A stretch of 64,000 bases of DNA from assembly GCA_973895155.1 (NCBI GenBank), contig OZ316892.1, positions 9,342,283 to 9,406,282 on the forward strand. The letters run 5' to 3'. Numbering within the stretch: position 1 is the stretch's first letter; each line of letters begins with the position of its first letter. Origin of the DNA: Marsupella aquatica. Lineage: Eukaryota; Plantae; Marchantiophyta. A program made the position numbers and the translations under genes. Of the stretch, positions 13,301-25,859 are shown piece by piece. The notes beneath the pieces are model-generated. The model was not told the DNA's origin. It was given only the letters and a program-made list of their open reading frames with translations, and searched no databases.

Positions 13301-14027
13301 TTGTGCAAGCACTGTCCGAGGAACTTACAATAGAAGGGGAGGGGGAAAGACATTTGCCATTGACAACTGATTTTTGGCCAAAGACTAACCATGGCACAGG
13401 TTACAAGATGATTTTGGGGACATCTCAGCCGTCAAGTGAACCTTCTCAAAATCCAGAGATGATGGACCTTCAAAATGAGTACATGGAAGAGATGGAAGAT
13501 CAAGCTGCACCCTTTGTTGGTGCACGACAAGAGCGAGAACCTGCACGTTGGATTCCTCTACAAGATATTCAAGAAGGTCACTTTGTATTTTTATGTCCAG
13601 AGGATGAATGGGAACAGGAAAATGGCAAAGGGCGTTTCTGGTTGGTTCGAGCTTTGGGTGGTGTGGATCCAAACCATGAGGTTCCCTCAACAGATTTGCA
13701 ACATATTGAAGGGTCTTCTTCAACGTCTGTTGATAGCATTCCTCTTAGGAATGCTCCTATGTTCCAAGTACAATGGTGGAGGCCTAAACATGGTAAGCAT
13801 GATGCAAAGGATGATGTTCGATATGAACGTTGCTTTCAAACCACTAAGACTTGGGAGCTGGATCCTGGGTTTGACAATGTTACTCAAAGTTGGCAGTTTG
13901 CAAATTCTGTAATGTATGGGTTTAAGTCAGGTGCTAAAGAACAAATATTATGGATAGAGGTTTGACAATTCCTAAGAATGTTTTGAAAACTCTCAAAATT
14001 TACATGGAAGGTATAATTGATGAGTAG
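10312..14027 (+). pseudogene. Sola1/DUF7869-like DDD transposase with three N-terminal TNP1/En-Spm-like domains; frameshifted
   Basis: CxxC (AKCTFC), then QDKMDQ, LQMDNSGKDNKN and FLMVGHTHEDVDALFS. The N-terminus has three GDEV..VA.G.V...LG....WD/WE units. Frameshifts at ~12753, ~13015 and ~13960 join ORFs 10312-12876, 12753-13028, 13018-13965 and a tail ending at TAG 14027. Confidence 0.8.
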
Positions 14028-14544
14028 ATTGATAGAACTCGTAGGTTACAAGTCTCCACTCAAATGACTTGTGATTAAGAGGGTCGACTTGATTTCCATG
14101 CGTTTGTCTAAAGTGAGAGAACAAGACAATCAAATTAATACTCTATGATCTCTCAAAGCTATTGAATGGACTTTCTTATAATTATTATTTTATTTGTCTT
14201 AGTATATTTTAATTCTAGAAAATGATGCCATTTCATTCCTTCTAGTAGGTTGGATATCATCCTAGTTAACTTTGTCTAGACACTATAGTCATTCCATTGT
14301 ATTGGTGCTTAGTTAGATATCTTACTCAAGCTAAATGTTTTGAATATAGATGCTATCCAAGCTTATATGTTATTACTAGATTCTATCTATTTTCCAACCA
14401 AATGAACACTTTTATCACCCAAATGTTTTTTAATATCATCCAATTTAATATTTTACTTTCCCAAAATTTCATTTTTTTGTCCCCAAATTTACATTTAATG
14501 ATGCTTGAATTTTCATTTTTCATCTTCCAAATTTACAATTTTCA

Positions 14545-15815
14545 CCCTGGGCCCTCACTCTTACTATATTAAGTGAACCCCTCTGAGAACAGACACCCCC
14601 GTGTACCCCTTCTTAATATTTTTGTTAATGTAAAAACATTATTTTTTCCTATAAAAATTTATCCTTTTGTAAATTATAACAGAGTTTTTCAAGGAATTAA
14701 AAAAACGCTTGAATTTTTAAAATTGTAAATATCATACTGAAACATAAAAGATTTTATTTTACATAGGGGAATATTATGTTACGCTGATGTTCACGGTACA
14801 TATTTTATATAGATCATAACAAAATTAGTACTAAAGATTTATAGTTCTTCCTAGAGTATATGACTATAACTCAGGCAACTTGTAGACCTCATAGAGATAA
14901 ACTGAACTAGTACAAAGGCATTATTATGCTATGCTATATCCTTGGAGGAATAATTGCATATATACTACTTATGTAAACTCCAATTGCTAAATTATTCTAT
15001 CTTGACTAAGAATGCATGGTATGACATCAACCATTAACACCAAATGATAAGTAGAGTTTTTGGCAACTTCTTTCATGCAACCTGACACATCAAACCACAC
15101 ATTAATCATATATATTCTAGACACAAAGTACTAATAATACAAAAAATAACTACTGAAAATTGTGGAGAGTAATACCATCAAATCTCCTTTGGCTGAAATT
15201 GTTACTTAGACATGGTGGGTAATTTTCCTGCCATCTCTGCAATCAAACAACTGTGAGCACCGGGTACCCCCCAACCCAATGATCAAGGGAGTACACCACC
15301 CCACACACAAACACACCTGGCCTTATACCTGGCCATTTGATTCAAGGGAATTCAAAAGTAATCTTGTTTGTCTATGTGGGATTGATTCATGGGTCCCCAT
15401 CAATCCCAGAACCCCAAACGAGTTGGGCCCCAAAATCCTGGCCCAACATTTACTTAACTCCCAACTTAACACATGCGGGTAAACAAGTCTACCATGCAAG
15501 CCCATGAAACCAAACTTGCCTTAAGAGGATAAATAATTAAATGTCTGATTTACTATATGGACATGTGTGCCAATGAAGTGATGACATGTGTGCCAACCAT
15601 ATAGTGACACGTGTCCTTGGCATTTTAGGTACCCTTGCATAAGATTAATGTGACATGTATTTGATAAGAGCCTTATTACTAATATTGTGATGAATGCATA
15701 TACATGGATGTTACCTACTTTAAAAAATATTATAAAAATTAGTTTGCATTACATTAAAAATACCCTTGCGTTGTTCGCACGTCCTCCCTGCATTAGTAAC
15801 GCTGAGGGCCCAGGG
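14545..15815 (+). mobile_element. Non-autonomous TIR element (MITE family B, 1271 bp), long copy
   Basis: Ends CCCTGGGCCCTCACTCTTACTA ... TAGTAACGCTGAGGGCCCAGGG. 8-bp TSD AATTTTCA at 14537-14544 and 15816-15823. Confidence 0.95.
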
Positions 15816-17515
15816 AATTTTCATGCCTAAAACTATGTTTTTAAATCGCCAAATTTCCCTATATCCTTTATAATTTCAGTTTTAATGAATATAGTGATTT
15901 CAACTGTAATCTCAAAGACTCAAAAAGTGTGGTCTGTTCTAAATATCCGAGTTCATTCTCATACTAACCTTGTAACATTAGTGTTGGAATGAGCATAACC
16001 ACAAATACCCCAAACATACCCCTCACATACCTCGCACATACCTCGCACCGGCAGAACAAACTACGCCACATCCGCTTCTTCACTTCCTTTGATATTAATG
16101 CTCTACCTGTTTTGTATGACCTGCGTAGCCTGCAAAACATTCCACATACCATATATAATTAATGATGATTGTTGCATGAAAATAGATCGCGGAGTCTGTA
16201 TCATTGAACATCCAGATTCATACCTGTTCCATCGATCAGAGCGCACCGGACACAAAGAAGATATATGGTTTAGTTGGTTTCTAAGGATCGGTGTACAGGG
16301 GGTGGCTAGCCAGCCTTGGGATCGGTGAATTCGATGACGAGTTTCAAGGATGCGTAAATGGTACTGTAGGATATTTACTAGTAAGCCCAGGCTAAGGAAG
16401 AAGTGGGTGGTAAAGGGTTAGGTAAGATCTACTTTTGCTTTGAAGTATACGAGAACCCTGTATTTGACCTGTGAGCACATTTCAAACTCAAATAATAAGC
16501 AAAAACTATTGCAATCAAAAGAATTGACTCCGAGTGCTGCCAATAATTTCTACCAAATCCAAAACACATTACAGGATATCGCACAAGGTGGCATGGGATT
16601 TGACAGAGAATTCTCCCACGTAGTACGAAGATCCGCAGGTGGCCTGTGGACTTCCACGTTTTGGATGATGTTATCGGGAGCGAACGTGTAAAACTTATTC
16701 TGAACTTGTCTGAGCTCGCACAGAGGAGGATCGAACACTTAGAGTGGGAGGTGTGAGCTACGGTCAATGACCTCCACTCTTTAGTACCTTTGGAATCGTT
16801 CCCGTGGAAACGATCCCTCTGAAACTGGAGGGAAACTGAGGCCAACCTTATCTTCTTGGTATCCTATGTAGGGTATTTTCCACATAGGCTTCTGATTGAT
16901 CAGAAGGTCATCGCAGCTGGCGGATTTACTTTCCCGAAGCACAGGCTGTGCTAGTCTCCATGGGAATAGTTTGTATCTTGTCCTAACTTGTCACAGTAAT
17001 CCAAATTGCGTGGACTTTTGAGTTAGGCCTAGAATAGTAGAGTGAGGGAAAATTTCCCAGCTGTATAATCATGACCGCAACTCCTAAATCCCTGGCCTAA
17101 ATCGGCTGGATAGAAACAAAATCAGTGATGCAGTTGACGCAATGGACTGTGGATATATCGCATTTTGAAGAGTGACATTATTAATTTGGACCAGGGCGGT
17201 CAGTTCAAAACTGATGAGGACCAGCTTTGAGGCGGGCAACGCATGCACTACTTGCCTTGCAGCCTTTACCTTGAACACGCGCAGGCGGGCGATTCAAACG
17301 GACGATGAACCCGCAGCCTTTACCTTCAACACGCGCGGGCGGGCGATTCAACCGAATGATGAACGAGAGAGGCAATGAGTGCGCTTGGTGTAATACTCCC
17401 TTTTTGTTTTAAGTCCCCCTCTGTATTTCACTATTTCTGCTACGCGTACGCCTGGAGTGAAGTCGATCTTCAGAGTTTCCTACACTTGATCAACGTTGAT
17501 TGAAACAAAGTTGCA

Positions 17516-20500
17516 ATGCATGAATGGAGCAGGCTTACGTGTAAGGAATTGTGTGAAAACATTGATCGATGTTTAGAATCGACAATGTACACTCCCAAAA
17601 TTGAGGAGTTGGATCTTACTGGGGAAAGCTTCTTTTGTATGGATGGGGATGATTGGCAACTTTTCTTTGACAGTGTGGGGATGAAGACATGGGTGCACAG
17701 GAAGAAGTTGAGGAGATGGGTGAATGAATGCAACGGGAGCAGCAATACCGGAGTCACACAGCCATCACAGCTACAGCCATCACCGCTGCAGCCATCACCG
17801 TTGCCGCCAATGAAGACACTATCTGAACGTGATACGAATCGAAAGGAGAGCTCTGGTGAAGAAGAGCACAAGTCTATCAGGCCTGTTGAAAATACCCGCA
17901 CTCCTGATGCGCCGGAAAGAGAGACGTCTATGATTGGTTCTACCAAGCATCATCAAGTAAGTTGTTTGTCTCCTGTGACATTAAATTAGCCTATTGAAAT
18001 CCATTGCGACCACGGCAAGGACCTCTTCTGATAATCACGCGAAGGCATGTAATGCAGTGCACAATGGTAGTTTCTTTGTTTGATTGAATACACACTGATG
18101 TGTGTTTCAACGCTGCTGTGCATAGTTCTATCCTTTGGCAGAGGACATCTTCAATGTGACCAACAAATCTGGAGGACGGTCCATTATGGCTTCTAAGCAT
18201 GTAGAAGCGCACCAAGCTCACAAGGCAAATTACAGAACGGTGAGGAATTGGTTTGCGAATTTCGCCGCTGACAAGGAGATATATGAATACCTCAGTGCAG
18301 ATTTCAAGTCTGACACAAAGACAAAAGAGAATTGTCGATTGTATGTTCAGAGTAGAATGCACGAACTTTCACCTCTCAAATTTGAGTGTCTAGAAACCGG
18401 ATCTAAACATGAGATGCCTTGGCCAGAAAGCTTCCTGTTTGAGGTCGTCAAGAACAGAAAGCATGAATGGAGGAAAGCAAATGCAAAAATCAAGGAAGGT
18501 ACGTACTGATAGATTCCCATTCATTAGTTAGCGCATTGCCATTGATTTTGGCAATGAACTGTGTTCTATCTTTCGCAACTTGGAAATAACCTGGAAATAC
18601 CCTGGAATTAACCTCAAGTACTTGCACTGAATTTCATTGCAGGTGCCATCCCTACGGCCCGAAAAAAGGAGCCGAATGATTTTGCAGATATGAAGGTAGA
18701 ACCAGATGCAGATGAAGCGATTGCCATTGGACATGGACAATCATACCCAAAGATTTTTGTGGAACTTTGTGCGTATGCATTCAAGGTGACCTTGGTAGAA
18801 CTGCAAATGAGAGACGCCGATAAGTCTGTAAGGTATAGGGGGCAGTACAGTGGAGAGGTCGTTGGTCGTGGAATACCAGAGAGCGTCCATGTTATTAAGA
18901 AAGTGAGATGGTGGAAGATTAAGTTCATGAAGGCCTTGTCTGATGGTAATCCGTCATTGCTGGCGCCTTACTGGGTGCCATTAATAACACCTTCAAAGGG
19001 TCTGCAGATGGTACAGTTTGGGCACTTAAAACCAGTAAGTATGGTGCCATATACATATATAAATATATATATGCATTTACCAACCCTAGGTTCATTGCAT
19101 CGGAATGAATCTTCTTCTCCGGATCCGCAGGTTTTTTCATGTTGCCCAGTTGATATGTATCGAGAGGTAGAGATGTTGAATGAATGTGGTTTTCTACAAT
19201 ATATTTATATTGCAAGATTCCCTGGCACTCATGCACCGTCACTATTGATGTGCATGTACATATTGCAGGACATGTCCATTTTTGTTCCGAGAGCATATTG
19301 TTCCATGAGTCCCAATCTGGCTCATAAAGTATGCCAATCGTATTCAGGTCCCTCTCCTCAGGGTTCTGCTATCTCAGGAAAGACCTCCAAGAGAGCGGGG
19401 TTACCGGAGATAGGTCCCTCTCCTGAGGGTTCTGCTGTCTCAGGAAAGGCCTCCAATGGAGCGGGGTTACCGGAGATGCCTGACGTTGAGGAAAACCCTC
19501 TTTCAAAACCGAAGAAGCGAGTGTTGGCATTAGCTGGCCATGAAGAAGATGCAGAGGGAGGGGCGGAAGTAGAGCATAGAGAGGAAAGCAAAGCAGATGA
19601 TGCGGTCAGGTCTAGCGATGGAGAGCCAAGCGAGGATACTGAAGTACTGGATACCACTACATGCAGCCAGGAGAAAACATCGTCAACATCAACTATCAAC
19701 TTGCAAGTTGATTGCTTCACTACATCCACCCAACTTTACATTGAATCTGACGAGGATGATGAAGACACTAATATAAGGCCTAACGATCAACCGGAACCGG
19801 AGGTACGAGTATTTTGTCATGCTAGTTGCGTTCTTATATATCATACGTATGTAATTAAAATTAAGACACCGAGTTTTCTTTATACTTATTTTTCAGGTAA
19901 AAAGACAAAAGATTGAGAGCAGTCCTGCAGGGGGAAACAACCCGCTACTGTCCAAGGTATATATCATATATCATTGTATGTATAAGTTTTGTATATTGCA
20001 ATTATTATAATGGCCTAAAAGTTCTATTGTAAGTGATGTATATGACTTTGCAATTCATTCTACTTTGAGCCTAGGTTCACCAATATATACAATGATTTGC
20101 ACATCCACATATGCATGGCAGGTTAAGACCGAGAAGGAACAAGGTGGAGTCCTTGCAAGCATTCGGGACCTAAATCAACCATTGAGTAGAGCACGAAGAG
20201 GCAAGGGTCCGAACCCAGGCAAAGAAAATGTACCTTCATTTAGAGCTATTTCAACGAAGGTACAGGAGGATGCAAGGGAACGGTTGTTGACCAGCAAAAA
20301 CATGATATGATTTCTTATTTCCATCCATTGTAAGCCAGCAGTCTTTATTAGGTTGCAGCGATCATTGTGTACAATGTGTAGACAGAAATTGTATGTGTGG
20401 AACGTACGTACTCTTGTGGTCTCATTATGTGGTTATTATATATGTACAGGCAAACCAGGAAAAAGTTTTGTGTGCTCAAGGAACCCGGTCAACAAGAAGT

Positions 20501-20932
20501 AACAAGTTCCAGGCTTCTGGAGACTCCAATATAGTAAGCATATACTGAGAAGTTTTGCACGATTCTGTAAATAATCATTTATAGCTTGTCATTGGTGTAC
20601 TACCATATTTTAAAGCTCACCAAAGACTGTAACTTTTGCAGAATTTTGAAAAGCTCACCAAAGACGCCAAACTAGTATTGTGCATGAGAGCCATGGGTTT
20701 GATGAAGACCTGCGAAGTGAAGGCCAAATTGCGCACGTTTGTAGCAGATACGAACAAGCGGTCAAAGACTACCCCCAAGCCATTCACCAAACACGCTCAG
20801 AAGAATGCATCAGAGTTATTGGACATGGTGGCCAGGTGGATTGTAGAGCAGAATGTAGTGATCGTTACACATCTTTCGGCTTTAAATGCCGATGGCCAAA
20901 TCCTGGAATTTGACGATGCGGATGCAATTTGA
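17516..20932 (+). CDS. Multi-exon gene with N-terminal SAM (sterile alpha motif)-like domain and acidic low-complexity region; probably a DNA-transposon accessory gene
   Basis: WSRLTCKELCENI..YTPKIEELDLTGESFF..GMKTWVHRKKLRRW fits the SAM pattern. GT/AG junctions at ~17956, ~18141-18498, ~18642, ~19348-19802, ~19896-19956, ~20121-20259 and ~20642. Followed directly by a tandem array. Intactness not verified. Confidence 0.55.
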
Positions 20933-20949
20933 CGTAGCAAGAAGCCTGG

Positions 20950-22387
20950 AATCAAAAATACCCTACAAATACCCCACGGTATGCAGGTAAAATGCACAAA
21001 TAATCCCCGCTTCGACATAGGAAATCTGGACGGTGAAGATGCATATCATCCTGCAAACCTCCAGGGCTGTTAGCGAAGCCACCTGGAGAGTGGCAATTGG
21101 AAGTGGCATACCAAATACCCCAACGATACCCCAGGGTATGCGGGTAATATGCACACAAAACCCCCACTTTACAACAGGAAATTTGGATGGTGAGATGCAT
21201 ATCATCCTGCACACCTCCAGGGCTGCCAGCGAGGCCACCTGGAGAGCGGCCATTGGACGCTAACAACCCAAATACCCCAGAGATACACTAATGTATGCGG
21301 GTAATATACACACGGAATCCCCACTTAGCAACAGCAAAATTGGATGGTGGAGATGAATATCATCCCGGGTATGCGACTCCCCTTTTTATAAGGCAAGTTT
21401 TTAATTCCTTATAATGGCCATATATCCAATTGACCATCTTAGATTTTATTTTAGTCTTCTAAAATCTTGTACCTCTCAACTTAAGGAATCCAAAAATGTA
21501 ACTTAAAAAGAAAACCAAACATGTTTTGATGTACTAAAAGTTGATCAAAACCAAATTATATGGGTTTTTTTTAATATAGGGATCTACAGCCAAACTAGCC
21601 AGCTTTTCAGGATTTTTATTAAAATTTTAAAAATCTTTTAATAAAAATTCCAGCATGTGTAGGAATATTTTTTAATTTCATATGGAAAAGGAAGAAAACC
21701 AACCCTTTTACATGACTTGAAAATTTTAAAAAGTGGAAAACCCAGGTTTTTTGAAATTTTATTATTTTGTATAGCCAACTTTTTAGTCCATATAAAAATG
21801 TAGACCCCTGCCGATTATACAAGAGTTGCGTACCCAGGAATATCATCCTGCACACCTTAGCGAAGCCACTTGGAGAGCGGCAATTGGACGCTGACATTCC
21901 AAATACCCCAGCGATACCCCACGGTATGCGGGTAATATGCACACAGAATCCCCACTTTACCACAGCAAAATTGGACGGTGGAGATGAATATCATCCTGCA
22001 CACCTAAGAAAAGCCACTTGGAGAGCGGAAATTGGACGCTGACATCCCAAATACCCCAGCGATACCCCACGGTATGCGGGTAATATGCACACGGAATCCC
22101 CACTTTACCACAGCAAAATTGGACGGTGGAGATGAATATCATCCTGCACACCTCAGCAAAGCCACTTGGAGAGCGGCAATTGGACGCTGACATCCCAAAT
22201 ACCCCAGCGATACCCCACGGTATGCGGGTAATATGCACACGGAATCCCCACTTTACCACAACAAAATTGGATGGTGGAGATGAATATCATCCTGCACACC
22301 TCAGCGAAGCCACTTGGAGAGCGGCAATTGGACGCTGACATCCCAAATACCCCAGCGATACCCCATGGTATGCGGGTAATATGCACA
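20950..22387. repeat. Tandem satellite-like array (units ~156-158 bp, then 148 bp), interrupted by a MITE
   Basis: (A/C)ATATCATCC recurs at 21042, 21198, 21356/21839, 21987, 22135 and 22283. The right-hand units are near-identical. Confidence 0.95.
21364..21838 (-). mobile_element. MITE family A, copy 2 (475 bp, inverted relative to copy 1)
   Basis: Ends CCCGGGTATGCGACTC ... GAGTTGCGTACCCAGG. 8-bp TSD AATATCAT at 21356-21363 and 21839-21846. The reverse complement aligns with 6715-7189. Confidence 0.95.
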
Positions 22388-23837
22388 TGGATGTTGCGGA
22401 GAGCGCGACCATCCAAGGACCTGGATTATGCCAACTGCCTCCGGCTTATACAAATAAACACGCAAATGTGGGGAAATGCGGAGGCGCTAAACCCTTCTGT
22501 AGTTGGGTATATTACGGGAAACGCCCCAAATGTCACGCCTGTGGGACACATAGGCAAATTACCCCAGGGAAACGTCAAACTGCTAGAAGTATCAAATCCC
22601 TCGTTATGTATGGGAAAGCATGGGTATTTTCAACCAAATTCCCTAAGATGTCCGGAATCCCCACTTCTTTGTTATGGTACACTGATTCACCAAGTCAGGT
22701 GGGGAAATCCCCAACTCCTCGACCATGCATATCCTCCTTGTGGTAGGTTAGCAGGTAGAACCTCCCAGACTTGCATGGGCTGGCCATAAGCCGAAGTAAG
22801 GCCGACAGCCATTGGTTTTCTACAACATCCCCTCTACTGGATGTTGCCCAAGCTTCCCCATTTTTTTTGTCACTAGTTGACCGCTTGTCTCCAAGACATG
22901 CCCATGGCCCAAATCGCTAGCTTGTCCTAAAGTTTCTTTCATTGAACTTCACCCAAACGCCGAGACCAGTTCAGCCCTGACTTTAGCAACCATCTCCAAG
23001 GCTCTAACTCAACCAAGAGTCTAAGGGCAAAATGCACTTGGACCCCAAACACCCATGCTTAACTCTGCATTTCCTCCCCAATGCAAGCTCACATGACAAA
23101 GTGAATGCACCTTGGCTACTGTTTCCACATGATTGGCAAACACACAAGATAGCCATTTTAAATCTCAAGGACCAAAGGCACCTCTAGACCCAACTTAGCT
23201 TCGCAGGATGTAATCCTCTTTGAGAGCTTTTCAACACACCCAATAAGTTCTCCACTAACTTCTTGTTGATAAATTATCATCTTTCCCGTATGGCGCCTGA
23301 TTTGACGTTTCCTCTTAGTAATGCGACCGTCGCGCTTCATAACTTTGGCTTGCCCCTGGGCCCATTGGGAGACACCACTATTCTCATATATATTTATGGA
23401 AACCTGCCATCCTAGGACTAATTTTGGTCATCTATATTTGGCCCTCAATCTGAACACCAACCTAATCAACTCAACACAAACTTACCTTAATATGTCCACA
23501 ATTTCTAGTTAAACGTGCATAGGTGAATTAAATGGAGGTTGCGGGGTGGGGGTGGAAGATGTCTCGGGGAAGGAAAGCTGCTATTTGTAAGGAATAGAGG
23601 TTATAGGGATATTTGCGTGCCTACTGTTTGCGTGGTCTTTATGAAGATGCTCTAATGTGTGATTGTGTTCACTTTACACACTTGGCACGTTTCCCCACTT
23701 TGGTGTTAGCAGGATAGGGAAAAGGGTCACTAAGTGGGAGTTTTACCATCAAGGGAGCGTGTCCGTTTTGCCAAGTTGTGTTTCTAGTCAGCGGTTGGTT
23801 TCTACTAGCGTTACATTGCGCCTCAGTCCTTTGATGC

Positions 23838-23844
23838 TATAAAT
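23838..23844 (+). promoter_or_regulatory. Candidate TATA box upstream of the homeobox gene's non-coding exons
   Basis: TATAAAT followed by three similar short blocks ending in (C/T)AGGTGCC (~23920-23972, ~24255-24360, ~24627-24692) that look like duplicated 5'-UTR exons. Confidence 0.45.
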
Positions 23845-25065
23845 ACTGCCCTCACTGGAGATTCAAGCTTGAGCGTTACTTTCGATTGTGTTCTTTCATT
23901 AGCAGAAACTAAATCTCAGTGGTTGCCTTGCTCTCGATCAAGCTCATTCCCGAACAGAGTTATTCAGGTGCCATGATTAATCTTGCGATTCTGCACCTTT
24001 CTCTATCAGTTAACCTTTAACCCTAAACTTGCAAGAACGATATGGAATTACCGACGGGTTTTTTCTGTTTGCCGCTCTCGTCGAATGCTTCCAATTCTTC
24101 GACTATTTTTCTGCTATTGTTAGTATGTCCGGTCAATATTTGCTTGTTCCATTGCCCCTCCTTGACAGCTGCTAATTATACCGCCCTCTGGTCTGTGGAT
24201 CAGGAAATGTAAAAGCCTAAGCCTCATTTGAGATTATATTGTGCTCTTTGGCAGAAGCTAAAGCTGGTGGCCTTGCTAGCTCTCAATCAAGCTCTTCCGA
24301 AAAGAGTTACATCAGGTTGCTCTCAATCAAGCTCTTCCGAAAAGAGTTACATCAGGTGCCCTAATCCTGTATCTTTCCCAATATGTGGTGTTCTGATGTA
24401 CACAGTTTACAAGGAGGGCATGCAAAACTACCTGCCTTATATGTTCTTACTTAATTCGCTTCTTATGCTTCCTATAAATTCTTGGATTATATCTGCTCTT
24501 CTCACAATGTCCAGTCCATCGCTCGCTCCTAAACAGCAACTAATATCGCCCTCCCGATCTGTTCATTTGGAACCTTACTCAAATGAAAAAGGACGGGTCT
24601 CTCATGAGATTGTGTTCTTTGCCAGATCAAAGCTATAGCTGGTGGCCTTGCGGTCAACCAAGCACTTTCGAAAAAAACTTATTTTAGGTGCCCTAATACT
24701 GGATCTTTCCCATTTCGGTGGTTTTTCTGCTGTATAGTTGCAAGAATGACATGTAAATTGCGGGGCTTTCCGCTTCGGCGTTCTATTCGAATGCTTTCTA
24801 TTTTTCTGCTCTTGTCGTCTACAGTTCAGATCAGGCTTGCATGGAGTTCCTTCCTTATTTGCCCTTTCACTTAAGGTATCATAAATTTATCGTAGCTACC
24901 AAATTAATCTCTGCACATAGATAGATAGTGGCCGGGATTCGCGTGACTTTTTTTTTTTAATGAGGCAGATTTTTACTTAGCTGACTCACCCATGGCAATC
25001 TCGATCAGGTGGACAATTCAATTAAGTTCATGTCATACATAGTGCAGTCTTGGGGACATACGGAG

Positions 25066-25859
25066 ATGGAAAAGAAAAACATGGAAGAGAAGAAGACTAC
25101 TAACAATCAGGAAACTTTGAGAAGATGTCGCCGTCTTCCCACTCAGGCTGTCACCGTGATGAGGTACTTAAGCCAATTTCGTTCAAATTAAAGGGTTGAA
25201 GGTGAACGGTTTTCAAATTAAGAAAGTGCTGCATACCCACCAATAATTGCATCACCTTCAAGTTTGAGTCATTGCCTTGTTAATTGAAATGCGTATTGTA
25301 AGGGGTTTGTAAAGCTGGAATTGTTTAATTTTATACTTAACTTCTGTCAGGGAATGGCCAGCTTAGACATAATTCACAGCATCTTTACATCAACCCATGT
25401 GGACTTTTAGACTTGTGATGAGAAGACAGGGCTCACCGATGGAATTTTTGGTCATGTGTCGATCAGTCTTCTGGTTAGAGATAGCAAAGTGATTTATTTA
25501 ACTGATCCGAATGGTTTGAAGTTATTGACTTCTAAAAAAGAACAAAATTGTGGACATGCGTTATTGTAGAGCATGGACGGAAAGTCACTCCTTAAGCCCT
25601 ACTACCCAGGAGAAAATGGAGCTTGCTGCTCGAACTAACCTCACCTTGCACCAAGTACGTTACGGAACTAAAAGTATCACGTACTCCTTATTCATTACGC
25701 TAAATGAATTTGCTTTTGATTGTGGTAAATCATATATAGCAGCATCTGCTGTCCTGAACGAGCTTTTCTTCGTTCATGCAGGTGTCAAATTGGTTTCAGA
25801 ATGAACGACAGGTGATGAGGAAGTTTCAATCCTGGTTTGACTCAAATAACTCGGGATAA
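25066..25859 (+). CDS. Small (~86 aa) TALE/BELL-like homeodomain protein; exons 25066-25163, 25570-25654, 25782-25859
   Basis: Spliced product ...RRCRRLPTQAVTVMR|AWTESHSLSPTTQEKMELAARTNLTLHQ|VSNWFQNERQVMRK... GT-AG junctions keep the frame. The last intron sits at the classic homeobox Q44/V45 position. Confidence 0.8.

Larger units (their letters stand above)
1416..15898. mobile_element. Large TIR DNA transposon (~14.5 kb, ~12.7 kb without two nested MITEs) with Sola-like transposase and divergent cargo genes
   Basis: Perfect inverted repeat ATCACTATATTCATTAAAACTG at 1416-1437 and CAGTTTTAATGAATATAGTGAT at 15877-15898. TTCA flanks both ends (1412-1415, 15899-15902); the alternative reading is CACTA..TAGTG ends with a 2-bp AT duplication. 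AT-rich subterminal zones carry repeated CCCAAA(A)T. A transposase ORF lies inside. Confidence 0.85.

Noticed and set aside
16340-16930. Stop-riddled coding-like stretch
   Set aside because: No identifiable motif, so no product can be assigned.
20952-22789. Many overlapping ORFs in the tandem array (likewise 34221-34929 and 37748-38928)
   Set aside because: Artefacts of repeated sequence, with repetitive translations and no domain signal.
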